Positions 9,348 through 20,052 of a DNA stretch of 64,000 nucleotides are shown here, piece by piece. Below the pieces are notes generated by a model, which was given only the letters and a program-made list of their open reading frames with translations, did no database searches and had not been told where the DNA came from. Position 1 is the stretch's first letter. Every line of letters begins with the position of its first letter. Position numbers and translations under genes: made by a program. Source of the DNA: Thermoprotei archaeon (GTDB taxonomy: Archaea > Thermoproteota > Thermoprotei > Gearchaeales > WAQG01); NCBI GenBank assembly GCA_038881895.1, contig JAVZOV010000004.1, positions 34,521 through 98,520 of the forward strand, given 5' to 3'.

Positions 9348-10268
9348 ATGATCGGATCTAGTTATGATTTGGTGGTTATGGGAGATTTATGCTTAGATAT
9401 TGATGTGTATTATTCTAAGAATACTGAAATTTTAGGTAATCAAAGAGAGGCCAAAAAAGTTGATATACTGCTTGGGGGGTCAGGAAGCAATGTTGCACGA
9501 ATTGCCAAAAGGCTTGGCTTATCTGTTATGTTGATCTCATCATTTAGTGATAATCCGATAGGTAATTTGTTAAAGTATTTCATAGAAAGTGCTATGGGAA
9601 AAGAAAACTTGTTATTGGCAGTTCATCATGATAATGAAGCGTATACGGTGATAAATATTGTTGGTAAGAATGGTGTGCGGAGAGCGATTTATCATATTGG
9701 ATCAAAAATTAATGGATATATTGGAAAGGTACAGAGTATTAATCTAAAGATATTTCATATATCAGGATACGCATTAGAACTTATCGATTATGATGAATTT
9801 ATAACACTACTTGATGTACTATCTAAAAAGAATGTCAAGATTGGTTTAGATTTATTTCCAAGAATAAAAAATGTACGGCAAGAATACCTTAACAACATGT
9901 TGGAAAAATTAACATTCTTATTTGGAAACGTTGAAGAATACATAACTCTAACCAATTCACGAAATATAAAGGAAGCAATTAATAAATTAGCTGGCATGAA
10001 GCCTTCTGTAAAAGTCATAAAACTTGGTTCAGGTGGTTCTCTTGCTATCCTTAAGAATAACATTATTAAAGAGAAAGCGTTCAAAGTAAAAGTATTATCA
10101 GTGAAGGGCGCAGGTGATGCATTTATAGCAGGTTTCTATGCTGCATATTTAAAGAATTTGCCATTATGGTTATGTCTTCGCTTTGGAAATTATGTTGCTT
10201 CGTTAGTAGTATCGGGAAATCAGGATATGATATCGGAAGAATTAATAACAAATATACAAACATTGTGA
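9348..10268 (+). CDS. PfkB-family carbohydrate kinase (ribokinase-like; substrate not assignable from sequence)
   Basis: N-terminal GG motif (LLGGSGSNVA) and C-terminal GAGDAF anion-hole motif. Confidence 0.75.
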   Translation: MIGSSYDLVVMGDLCLDIDVYYSKNTEILGNQREAKKVDILLGGSGSNVARIAKRLGLSVMLISSFSDNPIGNLLKYFIESAMGKENLLLAVHHDNEAYTVINIVGKNGVRRAIYHIGSKINGYIGKVQSINLKIFHISGYALELIDYDEFITLLDVLSKKNVKIGLDLFPRIKNVRQEYLNNMLEKLTFLFGNVEEYITLTNSRNIKEAINKLAGMKPSVKVIKLGSGGSLAILKNNIIKEKAFKVKVLSVKGAGDAFIAGFYAAYLKNLPLWLCLRFGNYVASLVVSGNQDMISEELITNIQTL

Positions 10269-10274
10269 GAAAAA

Positions 10275-11345
10275 TTATTCACTTAAAACTATGATAGAAG
10301 CTGCTTTTATTATAAGATAAATTATATCATTTTGTTTTAGTTCAAGCTCTTCAAAAAAACCTCGCGTTATCATAATTTTAATAGGTAAGTTATTAACATT
10401 AACAGTTATCATTATTGTAGGACCGGATGGTTCAATAGCTTCAATTGAACCTTTTAACACATTTCGTGATGTAGAGCGTTCAGGCATGGTTTTACTTATT
10501 AGTATATTTTCAGGTTTAATACCTATCATTATACGGCCATCATGTTTTCCAGGGATAGTGAGTTTAACATTATCAATAAATATTGTACTCATATTATCTT
10601 TACTACTCTTTGCAATACCAGTAAATATGTTCTGATACTGGAGAAATTCTGCAACAAATTTGCTCTTTGGCTTTGAAAATATCTGACCAGTTAATCCTTG
10701 TTCAATAATAGTTCCATTCTTCATTACAGCAAGCATCTCACCCAGATACATAGCTTCTTCCTGGTCGTGTGTTACATGCAGCACTGGTATTTCATAATAT
10801 TTTAATAATTTTTTGATCTCTTTCCAAAACTGTTTCCTTGTAACCAGGTCCAAGGAAGAAAATGGTTCATCCAGTAAGATAACCTTTGGTCTGACAGCTA
10901 AAGCCCTGGCTAATGCCACACGTTGTTTCTCACCACCACTTAAATTTGTCACATAACGGTTTTTCAAATGTTCTAATCCAAAAAGTTTAAGCATTTCACT
11001 AACTCTTTCTTCTCGAACATTTCTAGGAAAACCTCTGGCTAATAATCCATATTCGATATTCTCGTAAACTGTTAAATGAGGGAACAATGCAAGATTTTGA
11101 AATACCATCGAGATATTCCTTTTCTCAGGTGGTAAGTTAGTTATTTCAGTATCATCGATAAACACTTGACCCCCAATAATTTGTCTTAATCCAGCTATAC
11201 TTTCAAGCAATGTAGTTTTTCCAGAACCAGTAGGACCTAGTATCACCATCCATGAACCATTAGGTATTTTGAACGATATATTTCTCAACATAAAAGAACC
11301 CACTTTAACGCTCAAATCCTTAACCGTAAGAACCGTACACACCAC
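10275..11345 (-). CDS. ABC transporter ATP-binding protein with C-terminal TOBE-like domain (molybdate/tungstate/sulfate type)
   Basis: Walker A GPTGSGKTT, signature LSGGEKQRVALARAL, Walker B ILLDEPFSSLD; ~120-aa C-terminal extension. Confidence 0.8.
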   Translation of the reverse strand: MVCTVLTVKDLSVKVGSFMLRNISFKIPNGSWMVILGPTGSGKTTLLESIAGLRQIIGGQVFIDDTEITNLPPEKRNISMVFQNLALFPHLTVYENIEYGLLARGFPRNVREERVSEMLKLFGLEHLKNRYVTNLSGGEKQRVALARALAVRPKVILLDEPFSSLDLVTRKQFWKEIKKLLKYYEIPVLHVTHDQEEAMYLGEMLAVMKNGTIIEQGLTGQIFSKPKSKFVAEFLQYQNIFTGIAKSSKDNMSTIFIDNVKLTIPGKHDGRIMIGIKPENILISKTMPERSTSRNVLKGSIEAIEPSGPTIMITVNVNNLPIKIMITRGFFEELELKQNDIIYLIIKAASIIVLSE

Positions 11346-12153
11346 CTCTCCGTTGAATAATCTTAAGTGTTATAAACAGTATTAGACTCACCAGTACCAA
11401 TAGTGATGTTATCGGCAACGCATTATATAATCCCCTTGTTGTAAATTCATTATAAATAAGAACTGGTGCCGACATACTCCCAGAAAAAGGTCCATAAAGT
11501 ATTACATAAGTTAACACTATCACTGCACCAAATTCACTCATCCCACGAGCCCATGATACTATTAAACCAGTAAAGATAGCATTTTTTATGAGAGGCAATA
11601 TAACCTTATAGAAAGTGAAACCATGCGAAGCTCCTAATGTTCTGGATACCTTCTCTAACGATGGGTCAATAAGTCTGATGGCACTCTCAACTGATCGTAC
11701 ATAAAGCGGAAAACTAACAAATAGCTCTGCAATTACAATCCCCAAAAACGTATCAGTAACTCTAATGCCTTGAGATGATAAAACTGTTCCAAGTAACCCT
11801 CTTGGACCCCACACTATTAATAATGCTATTCCTGCTACCAAATGAGGAATTATCATGGGGAGATCAACAACAGAATCAATAATGTATTTGCCTGGAAAAT
11901 CATATCTAGCTAAAATATAAGCTAACGGTGTACCTAGAATAAAAGAAAGAACAGCAGCAAACGCAGCAGACAAAATCGTAACTAAAATAGCGGAAGTAAC
12001 TTGTGCATCAACAATATAATACATTAAAGTATACGGAGAACTACTTATCAAAAGAGAAAAAATAGGCAACAAAATAAAAAGAACACTAAACAGTGAAATC
12101 AATGAAAAAAACATCAATAAGAGTTTTAAATTGTGCATGATTCCCTCAACCAC
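11320..12153 (-). CDS. ABC transporter permease (ModB/WtpB-like)
   Basis: Polytopic membrane protein immediately upstream of, and overlapping, the ATPase gene. Confidence 0.7.
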   Translation of the reverse strand: MVEGIMHNLKLLLMFFSLISLFSVLFILLPIFSLLISSSPYTLMYYIVDAQVTSAILVTILSAAFAAVLSFILGTPLAYILARYDFPGKYIIDSVVDLPMIIPHLVAGIALLIVWGPRGLLGTVLSSQGIRVTDTFLGIVIAELFVSFPLYVRSVESAIRLIDPSLEKVSRTLGASHGFTFYKVILPLIKNAIFTGLIVSWARGMSEFGAVIVLTYVILYGPFSGSMSAPVLIYNEFTTRGLYNALPITSLLVLVSLILFITLKIIQRRGGVYGSYG

Positions 12154-13186
12154 TAATCGGTGTTATTAATCCAGTATATAAAAGATCTTTCAACTCACTT
12201 GGCAACCCCTCACTACCATAAACATAAGCTGGAGAGAAACTTTTCTGCCCGTTTTTCTCAATAATTTTCCTACCCTCTTCTGATAAAAGAATCTTAATGA
12301 ACTCTATTGCTAACCTCTTATTGGGGGCATTATAAGGTATTGTTAAAGCATACATTATTGGTTGACCACTCACAACTTTACCATTAACTGTAACTGACAC
12401 TTCAGAATATATTTCGGCATATCTTGGATCACCTAGATTTACCTGAGGGGGAAGTCTTACATAATTCAGATGATGCTGTACAGCTAGTGAATAATAAGAT
12501 ATTACATAATCAACTTGTCCAGACTCTAATGGTGCTAATAAATCAACTTCTTTAGGTTTTATTATAAGCTCACCATTAGAATACTTATTTTTATAAAGCA
12601 TATCGTATAGCGTGTGATTATCATGATAATAATACATACTGGCAAGCTTTGTAACCAATACTGCCCTATAACCACTAGGATCTCTATCTTTATCCGAAAC
12701 TCCCACGATAACTCCCGGACGTGCAATTATTTTATACCAATTATTCTCATCAATCTCTGAAGCATACTTACTCCTATTAGTATAAAGAACAACCATTTCA
12801 TTACCTGCAAAAACGATATACCAGCTTGTAAACCTAGGTAGCATGAGGTCACGTATTACATAATAATCAGCAACACCAACAATATCAAACTCGCGACCTA
12901 AATCCGTTACTTGACGAACCGCATCAACACTTCCAAAAGCTTCATCATCGATAACCAAATTAGGATACTTATTTTTTAGCATTCCCTCAATTTGTTGAAA
13001 GGGTATTGTAAGACTACCCGCATGAACCACTCTAAAAACGTTTAAAGAAGCTCCATAAAAACCAATGTTATATCCATCATTGTATCCATATATGTAACCT
13101 ACATAAAAACCGACAACAAGCATTATAACCATAGATATTATCATAATGAGCTTTCCATACTTATCCCACAACGCCACAAAGATCAC
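12146..13186 (-). CDS. Substrate-binding protein of the molybdate/tungstate-type ABC transporter (WtpA/ModA-like)
   Basis: N-terminal membrane anchor followed by a periplasmic-binding-protein-like body; first gene of the three-gene transporter operon. Confidence 0.6.
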   Translation of the reverse strand: MIFVALWDKYGKLIMIISMVIMLVVGFYVGYIYGYNDGYNIGFYGASLNVFRVVHAGSLTIPFQQIEGMLKNKYPNLVIDDEAFGSVDAVRQVTDLGREFDIVGVADYYVIRDLMLPRFTSWYIVFAGNEMVVLYTNRSKYASEIDENNWYKIIARPGVIVGVSDKDRDPSGYRAVLVTKLASMYYYHDNHTLYDMLYKNKYSNGELIIKPKEVDLLAPLESGQVDYVISYYSLAVQHHLNYVRLPPQVNLGDPRYAEIYSEVSVTVNGKVVSGQPIMYALTIPYNAPNKRLAIEFIKILLSEEGRKIIEKNGQKSFSPAYVYGSEGLPSELKDLLYTGLITPISG

Positions 13187-13513
13187 CGATATGTATAACA
13201 GTTCATATCGAATATAAACTTGACTGTGTTTATTCCACCTTGATGATAAACAGTCAACAGTGAAGAGAATCCAATAATATTCGTTAACGTTACTCCCAAC
13301 AAAATACTGACATCAAGGAGAATCGTAAAAAGAACAATACGCCATCATATTTTATAACCCTCTGAAGACGATGCTTTCAGTTGTAGAATGATATTAATCA
13401 TGAATAGAAAAAGTATGGAATTCGTGGCACCGCAAGGTTTATGAATTGCTAGGGAACTCAATCAATCTAAAAAGTTATTAGTGAGCTTGATAATGTTTTA
13501 ATAGTGTAAAAAT

Positions 13514-14593
13514 ATGTTACAGTTTAAACTTCAAACTAGATTTAGTTTCATTTCTAACAATACATTAATCGATGAAGAACTTATTGAATTGCTTAAAGAA
13601 ATAAAAAGAAGCAGTTCTTTAATTTTAGCTGCTAAAAAAATACGCGTATCATATAAGTATGCATGGAAAAAACTCAATGAGACTAGTAGAGCTTTAGGAA
13701 CACCATTAGTAATAACAACAAGAGGAGGAAAATTTGGTGGAAGGACAGAATTGACCATAACAGGTGAAGAATTGTTAAGAAGATATGGACTGTTTACAAA
13801 ATATGCGTCAATAGAATTGCAAAATACTTTTAAAAAATATGTTATTGATAGTGATATAAACATTGTTGGTAGTCATTGTCCAGGCATAGAATTAGCATTG
13901 AAAACAATGGCATCTAAAAACTCAGAATTGAGATTTCATGTAGAAAACACAGGGTCCTTAAATGGTTTAATAAGTATAGAGGAAGGGAAATCTGATATTG
14001 CAGGAATACACCTACTAGATCCAGAAAGTGAAAAGTACAATGAACCATATATAAAGAAGCTTAATCTGAAAAACGTAATACTTATAAAAGGATACAAGAG
14101 AGAACAGGGATTAATAGTAAGAAAAGGCAACCCCAAAGGAATAAGAGGCATGGCTGACATTATCACTAGAAAAGGAATCTTTGTAAATAGAAACATGGGC
14201 TCAGGAACAAGAATACTCTTTGAAAAATTACTCTACAAAACAGCAAAAGAGTTTCAAATTAATTTTGAAGATGCAAAAAATTCTATACGTTATTATCCTC
14301 ATGAAGTCAACTCACACGCTGAAGTAGCACAAATAATACTTAAAGGATATGCTGACGTAGGATTAGGAATAAGAACAGTCGCAGACCAATATGGCTTAGA
14401 CTTTATACCACTAACTCTGGAAGAATTTGACTTTATAACCAATAATCAATCAATTAAGAATCCAGTAGTAAAGAAATTTTTCGCACTACTATCCTCACAA
14501 ACATTCAAACAAAAACTAACAAAATCACTAACAGGGATACATCCAACAGAAAATACTGGAAAAATCGAGAAAATAGATGATCCTCTTCCCTGA
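13514..14593 (+). CDS. ModE-like winged-helix regulator fused to a PBP-like (oxyanion-binding) domain
   Basis: N-terminus (LILAAKKIRVSYKYAWKKLNETSRALGTPLVITTRGGKFGGRTELTITGEELL) matches the ModE N-terminal HTH with its GG..GG motif. The C-terminal domain is homologous to the C-terminal domain of the MoeA fusion at 61725-63701. Divergent to the transporter operon. Confidence 0.65.
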   Translation: MLQFKLQTRFSFISNNTLIDEELIELLKEIKRSSSLILAAKKIRVSYKYAWKKLNETSRALGTPLVITTRGGKFGGRTELTITGEELLRRYGLFTKYASIELQNTFKKYVIDSDINIVGSHCPGIELALKTMASKNSELRFHVENTGSLNGLISIEEGKSDIAGIHLLDPESEKYNEPYIKKLNLKNVILIKGYKREQGLIVRKGNPKGIRGMADIITRKGIFVNRNMGSGTRILFEKLLYKTAKEFQINFEDAKNSIRYYPHEVNSHAEVAQIILKGYADVGLGIRTVADQYGLDFIPLTLEEFDFITNNQSIKNPVVKKFFALLSSQTFKQKLTKSLTGIHPTENTGKIEKIDDPLP

Positions 14594-14641
14594 AAAGCAA
14601 GATCCTCAACTATAAGTTATAGTACACTCCTGATAGCAGAT

Positions 14642-15370
14642 TCATCTCTGATCCTCTTTAATAAAGTTATAAATCCACACATCAGATACTCTAGTTGGGA
14701 AAATAGGCCTCACATATTTTAATACACTGTATGCAGGTATAGTTGAGATCAAAACATGAACTACATTATAAATTCCTGTAAATACTAAAACCCAAAAAAG
14801 TACTGTGAAATCACCTTGTATCAATAAACCAAACTTACTTAATAAGTATTTAGCATAACTAAAGAAGCTAGTCCCATAGATAAGATATATGACAATTATA
14901 TTAGCCAAAGTCATAAGCACAACACGAATCAGTGAGCCAAAAATGATCATTGACACAATAAGACCATGTATCGATGAGCCATTGAATCTCTTGTATAATA
15001 TAGAACCAATCCAGAATCCCAACACCATGGAGAGAACAGCAATATATTTCATCAAAGGACCTATTATAGGCCATCCAGCACCAAAATTAAGTAACAACCA
15101 ATGTATCGTAGTTGTAGCAAGACCGACAACAGGTCCAAAAACCAAAAACGCAGAAACATCAATGATCTCTGCAAAATCAAACTCCAAATATGGAAGTATT
15201 GGAAACGGAATTTCTAATTTAAGAAGAGTAATGGCAGCTGCCAAGCTACCAAAGATTGCTGAGTAAACAATCATTGACGAACGCATACCGTTCACCACTA
15301 AAGGGTAACCGATATCAAAAAGATAAAAGTACTTACAAAATATTTGGTTAATCCGTATAAAGGTCAGCAC
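14642..15370 (-). CDS. Hypothetical polytopic membrane protein
   Basis: Multiple hydrophobic helices; no recognisable catalytic motif. Confidence 0.4.
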   Translation of the reverse strand: MLTFIRINQIFCKYFYLFDIGYPLVVNGMRSSMIVYSAIFGSLAAAITLLKLEIPFPILPYLEFDFAEIIDVSAFLVFGPVVGLATTTIHWLLLNFGAGWPIIGPLMKYIAVLSMVLGFWIGSILYKRFNGSSIHGLIVSMIIFGSLIRVVLMTLANIIVIYLIYGTSFFSYAKYLLSKFGLLIQGDFTVLFWVLVFTGIYNVVHVLISTIPAYSVLKYVRPIFPTRVSDVWIYNFIKEDQR

Positions 15371-15425
15371 ATCAGGATGCTGTCATATATTTTATTTATA
15401 TTTAGACTTTCGTGTATAAAAATCT

Positions 15426-16712
15426 ATGGTAAAATTTATAAGCTACGAATCTTATAAAATTCTGGTGAATTTTATGAATAGAGCAATTTCTCGTTTGACT
15501 GGAATCTCCATTATTATAATAGTAATAATTGCAATAATAGCTGCACTATTTATTTTTACAATGGCTCCCACTCCTACTGCTGGTGGGACGATTAAAATTG
15601 GGTTTACTACATCAGTAACAGGCTCACTTTCTGTAGAAGGGACACGCCAGTTGCATGGCATACAACTATGGCAGGAATGGGTAAATAGCCATGGAGGAAT
15701 AAAAATAGGAAATAAAATCTATAATGTATCGTTATTGTACTATGATGATCAGAGTTCTAAGGATAATGTTGTTGCACTTTATGAAAGATTAATAACTGCT
15801 GATAAGGTTGATTTTCTAATTTCTCCATACTCAAGTGGATTAACTTTTACTGCAGCAGCTATAGCTGAGAAATATCATAAGGTTATGGTCGCTACTGGTG
15901 CTGCCAGTGATAGTATTTTCCAACAGGGTTATAAATATACAGTTCAGCTTTACACTCCAGGTTCGCTATACTTAAAATCTACAATAGATCTACTATTAGC
16001 AAAAGATCCTACTGCTAAAAATATTGCAATAATTTATGAAGATGAAATTTTCGCTGCTTCAGTAGCTGATGGTGCTAAAAAATATGCTGAAAGTAAAGGG
16101 CTTAATGTTGTGTATTATGACAAATACCCATCAAAACCAACGGATTTATCTTCACTGTTAACTGTTATAAAAAGCAAAAATCCTGATGCTATAATAGGAG
16201 GAGGGCATTTTGCTGATGGTGTTCTCTTAATAAAACAGGCTAAACAGTTGAATGTCAATGCGAAGCTCTTTTCAATAGTTGTAGCTGCGCCCGAAGATAA
16301 GTTTAGAGATGCGCTTGGTGCAGATGCAAACTATATTATGGGGCCATCTCAATGGGAACCAGATGTCAAATATACAGTAAATTATGGTCCTTCTGTTAGT
16401 GAGTTTATAAATATGTATGTAAAGAGATTTAATGAGACACCTACATACCATTCTGCAGGAGGATTTGCAGCTGCATTAGTGTTACAAGCTGCTATTGAAA
16501 AGGCACAAAGTCTCGATAGTGATAAGGTGCGTGAAGCATTTAACTCATTAGATCTAAAGATTTTCTTTGGAGCATTTAAGATAGATCCTGCAACAGGGCT
16601 TCAAATAGCTCATCAAATGGTGCTCATACAATGGCAAGGTGGAAAGAAATACACAGTATGGCCTACTGAAGCAGCCTCAAAGGAACCAATATATCCTAAA
16701 CCATCATGGTAA
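15426..16712 (+). CDS. Branched-chain amino acid ABC transporter substrate-binding protein (LivJ/LivK family)
   Basis: N-terminal signal/anchor and Thr-rich linker followed by a type-I periplasmic-binding fold; first gene of a five-gene liv-type operon. Confidence 0.75.
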   Translation: MVKFISYESYKILVNFMNRAISRLTGISIIIIVIIAIIAALFIFTMAPTPTAGGTIKIGFTTSVTGSLSVEGTRQLHGIQLWQEWVNSHGGIKIGNKIYNVSLLYYDDQSSKDNVVALYERLITADKVDFLISPYSSGLTFTAAAIAEKYHKVMVATGAASDSIFQQGYKYTVQLYTPGSLYLKSTIDLLLAKDPTAKNIAIIYEDEIFAASVADGAKKYAESKGLNVVYYDKYPSKPTDLSSLLTVIKSKNPDAIIGGGHFADGVLLIKQAKQLNVNAKLFSIVVAAPEDKFRDALGADANYIMGPSQWEPDVKYTVNYGPSVSEFINMYVKRFNETPTYHSAGGFAAALVLQAAIEKAQSLDSDKVREAFNSLDLKIFFGAFKIDPATGLQIAHQMVLIQWQGGKKYTVWPTEAASKEPIYPKPSW

Positions 16713-16744
16713 ACAAAATTAACACCTTTTTTTGGTGATAAATA

Positions 16745-17611
16745 ATGGTTATTGATGTTGTTTTCCTTCAGACTTTAGTTAATGGTTTGTTGCAAGGAGC
16801 TATATATGGTTTGGTCGCTTTAGGTTTAACGTTGATTTGGGGAGTTATGCGTGTAATAAACTTAGCACATGGAGAATTTATAATTCTGGGCGCATACACA
16901 GCTTTCTGGATGTTTACACTTTATAATTTACAACCATTAGCTTCATTATTAATAGGTATACCATTAGGTTTTGTCATTGGAATGACCATTTATATAGGTT
17001 TAGTTAAAAGGGTTGTTAATGGTCCTGAGCTTTCGTCACTATTAGTATTCTTTGGGCTTTCAATGATAATTCAAAATCTCATGCTTACATATTGGACAGC
17101 TGACGTAAGAGGGTTACCAATTCTCTATTCATCAATAAATATTGGATCAATAACATTAGTTGGAGATAGATTAATTGCGTCAAGTGTCGCAGGCATTTTA
17201 TCGGTTTTTCTATTAGTATTACTCAAATATACATACTTTGGACGTGCTATAAGAGCTGTAGTACAAGATACTGATGCTGCCATGTTAATGGGTGTGAATG
17301 TAAACTACATTTATGCAATGAGTATGAGCATTGGTATTATACTCACATTTTTAGGGGGCATTCTTATAGCATTAACCACACCATTTACGCCTTATCAAAG
17401 TGGTATTTATACTCTTTATTCTTTTTTAGTTGTTGTACTTGGAGGGTTAGGAAATCCTTTAGGTTCTTTGTTTGGTGGTATATTAATAGGTATCATAGAG
17501 AGTTACACTGCAACATACTGGTCTTCAGGTTTAAGCCCAGCTGTTGCTTTTGTGCTCTTAATTTTAATTTTAATAGTAAAACCTGAAGGTATTTTCTCAC
17601 GGAGAAGATAA
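16745..17611 (+). CDS. livH: Branched-chain amino acid ABC transporter permease (LivH-like)
   Basis: Polytopic permease in operon with the binding protein and two ATPases. Confidence 0.8.
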   Translation: MVIDVVFLQTLVNGLLQGAIYGLVALGLTLIWGVMRVINLAHGEFIILGAYTAFWMFTLYNLQPLASLLIGIPLGFVIGMTIYIGLVKRVVNGPELSSLLVFFGLSMIIQNLMLTYWTADVRGLPILYSSINIGSITLVGDRLIASSVAGILSVFLLVLLKYTYFGRAIRAVVQDTDAAMLMGVNVNYIYAMSMSIGIILTFLGGILIALTTPFTPYQSGIYTLYSFLVVVLGGLGNPLGSLFGGILIGIIESYTATYWSSGLSPAVAFVLLILILIVKPEGIFSRRR

Positions 17612-17613
17612 GG

Positions 17614-18567
17614 ATGATCAAAGAAATATCATATAATCTAAGGAATTTAACCTTTTTATCAACTATAGGATTTCTAGTTATTTCAGTGTTAATACTTTTC
17701 TCAGGATCGCAAAGTTTAATTGCATTTTTCTTAACATTACTTGAACTTCTTATTCTTACCTATAGCATTAATATAATAACTGGGTTAACTGGTTATGTTG
17801 ATTTCGGTCATGCAGTCTTTTATGGCATAGGAGCATATACTGCTGCATTTTTAATAGTGAATGTTGGTACTGCAAATATTACACCATATTTATTTTCTTT
17901 AATAGGTGGTTTAGCAGCTGCATTTTTCGCTCTACTTATTGGTGCTCCAGTTCTCAGGTTAAAAGGTGCGTATTTTGCAATTGCAACTTTAAGTGTAAGT
18001 GAAGCAGTCAAAGTTATTATAAGTAATATCAGTGCTTTAGGTGGATCATATGGAATACCACTTGCACGATATGTCTCATATGATGTAGTCTCTGCTTACT
18101 TAGCTATGTGGTTAACTTTATTATTTGCTGTGATTCTCACAATATGGATTTCGAACTCAAAGTTTGGATATGGTTTAAGAGCTATAAGAGAAGATGAGAT
18201 TGCTGCTAATGTAATGGGTATTAATACGAGCCTTTATAAATTAATAGCATATGTGTTAAGCGCATTAGTTGCAGGTATAGTTGGTGGAATTTCTGGGATA
18301 CTTTATGTTTATGTGAGTACTGAATATTTCAAAGTCGACATTTCCGTAAAAATGCTAGTTTCTATGATGTTGGGAGGCCAGGGTACTATCTTAGGTCCTT
18401 TGATTGGGACTCTGTTATATTATGTTATTCAGTATACATTGGTGACTAGTTACCCATTTTTGCATTTATTAATATTCGGTGCAATACTAATTGTTGTAGT
18501 ACTTTTTATACCTGAAGGATTAATTGGTATTATTAAAAGGAAATTTAAGCAATTAAAAGTGAGGTGA
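17614..18567 (+). CDS. livM: Branched-chain amino acid ABC transporter permease (LivM-like)
   Basis: Second permease of the liv-type operon. Confidence 0.8.
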   Translation: MIKEISYNLRNLTFLSTIGFLVISVLILFSGSQSLIAFFLTLLELLILTYSINIITGLTGYVDFGHAVFYGIGAYTAAFLIVNVGTANITPYLFSLIGGLAAAFFALLIGAPVLRLKGAYFAIATLSVSEAVKVIISNISALGGSYGIPLARYVSYDVVSAYLAMWLTLLFAVILTIWISNSKFGYGLRAIREDEIAANVMGINTSLYKLIAYVLSALVAGIVGGISGILYVYVSTEYFKVDISVKMLVSMMLGGQGTILGPLIGTLLYYVIQYTLVTSYPFLHLLIFGAILIVVVLFIPEGLIGIIKRKFKQLKVR

Positions 18568-19310
18568 GAATAGTGATACTCGAGGCGAGGGGCATTGTAA
18601 AAAGATTTGGCGGTGTTATAGCACTTAATAAAGTTGACGTAAGTGTTGCAGAAGATGAAATATTAGGTATTATAGGACCTAACGGCTCGGGTAAAACTAC
18701 GTTTTTTAATGTAGTTAGCGGAGTATATAAGCCTGATGAAGGAAAAGTTATTTTTAATGACAAAGATATTACTGGAAAACCTCCTCACATTATCGCTAGA
18801 ATGGGAATAGCCAGAACATTTCAAATAGTTAGGCCATTCCCATCTATGACTGTTCGTGAGAATATATTAGTTGGGGCTTTCTTTAGCGGAAGAAAACATG
18901 AAGATTCAGAACATACTGATACATTAGTGAACAAGATATTAGAATTAACTGAACTGTCATCTAAGGCTGATTTACCTGCAAAAGCCTTAAATTTGCCTGA
19001 AAAAAGACGTTTAGAGATTGCAAGAGCTTTAGCATTAGAACCAAAAGTTCTTCTTCTTGATGAGACTCTGGCTGGCCTCACTCCAGCCGAAATTGATCAC
19101 GCATTAGACATGATTAGAAAGGTTAAAAGCGAGATGGGATTAACTATAATAATTGTTGAACATATAATGCGTGCTATAATGAAAATCTCAGATCGTATTG
19201 TAGTATTTAGTAATGGTGTAAAGATAGCTGAAGGAACACCATCTCAAGTAGCAAATGATATTAAAGTTATTGAAGCATATCTTGGAAAACCCATTCAAGG
19301 TGAGAGCTAA
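18564..19310 (+). CDS. livG: Branched-chain amino acid ABC transporter ATP-binding protein (LivG-like)
   Basis: Walker A GPNGSGKTT and Walker B LLLDE; 4-nt overlap with the upstream permease. Confidence 0.8.
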   Translation: MRIVILEARGIVKRFGGVIALNKVDVSVAEDEILGIIGPNGSGKTTFFNVVSGVYKPDEGKVIFNDKDITGKPPHIIARMGIARTFQIVRPFPSMTVRENILVGAFFSGRKHEDSEHTDTLVNKILELTELSSKADLPAKALNLPEKRRLEIARALALEPKVLLLDETLAGLTPAEIDHALDMIRKVKSEMGLTIIIVEHIMRAIMKISDRIVVFSNGVKIAEGTPSQVANDIKVIEAYLGKPIQGES

Positions 19311-20017
19311 TGTTAGAAGTTAAGAATTTAAGAGCAGGCTATGGGGAGATCACAATATTATGGGATATTAATTTAAAAGTTGATAAGGGTACCATAACTG
19401 CAGTTCTTGGTTCGAATGGAATGGGCAAAACAACTTTGATTAAGTGTATTGCTGGACTTCAAAAGGTAATTTCTGGCACTATAATGTTTGAGAAGAAAGA
19501 TATTACATATATGCCATCGCATAAAAGGGTTGAAATTGGTTTATCTTTAATCCCAGAGGGTCGTAGAATTTTCCCTGAAATGAACGTATATGAAAACTTA
19601 TTAATTGGCGCATATACTAAAGAATCACGTAAACATATTTCTGAATCAATTGAGATTGTTTATAATTTATTTCCAATATTAAAGGAGCGAAGGAATCAAT
19701 TGGCAGGTACTTTAAGTGGAGGTGAGCAGCAAATGCTGGCAATTGCCAGAGGGTTGATGTCTCGACCTAAACTTCTCATGTTAGATGAACCATCAGCTGG
19801 ATTAGCACCAAAGATTGTGTTTCAGATCATGGATTTAATTCAGAAGTTAAACAAGGAATATGGTGTTACTATAATGCTTATTGAGCAGCATGTTGAAAAT
19901 GCTTTAAGAATAGCTGACCTAGCCTATATAATAGAAAATGGACGAATCATCCTAAGCGGAAATGGTAAAGAACTTTTAGCTAATCCGAAAGTAAAAGAAA
20001 GTTATTTAGGTATTTGA
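19310..20017 (+). CDS. livF: Branched-chain amino acid ABC transporter ATP-binding protein (LivF-like)
   Basis: Walker A GSNGMGKTT, signature LSGGEQQMLAIARGL, Walker B LMLDEPSAGL. Confidence 0.8.
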   Translation: MLEVKNLRAGYGEITILWDINLKVDKGTITAVLGSNGMGKTTLIKCIAGLQKVISGTIMFEKKDITYMPSHKRVEIGLSLIPEGRRIFPEMNVYENLLIGAYTKESRKHISESIEIVYNLFPILKERRNQLAGTLSGGEQQMLAIARGLMSRPKLLMLDEPSAGLAPKIVFQIMDLIQKLNKEYGVTIMLIEQHVENALRIADLAYIIENGRIILSGNGKELLANPKVKESYLGI

Positions 20018-20052
20018 TCTATTTATTGGCTTCATATTTTTATATAGATGGG

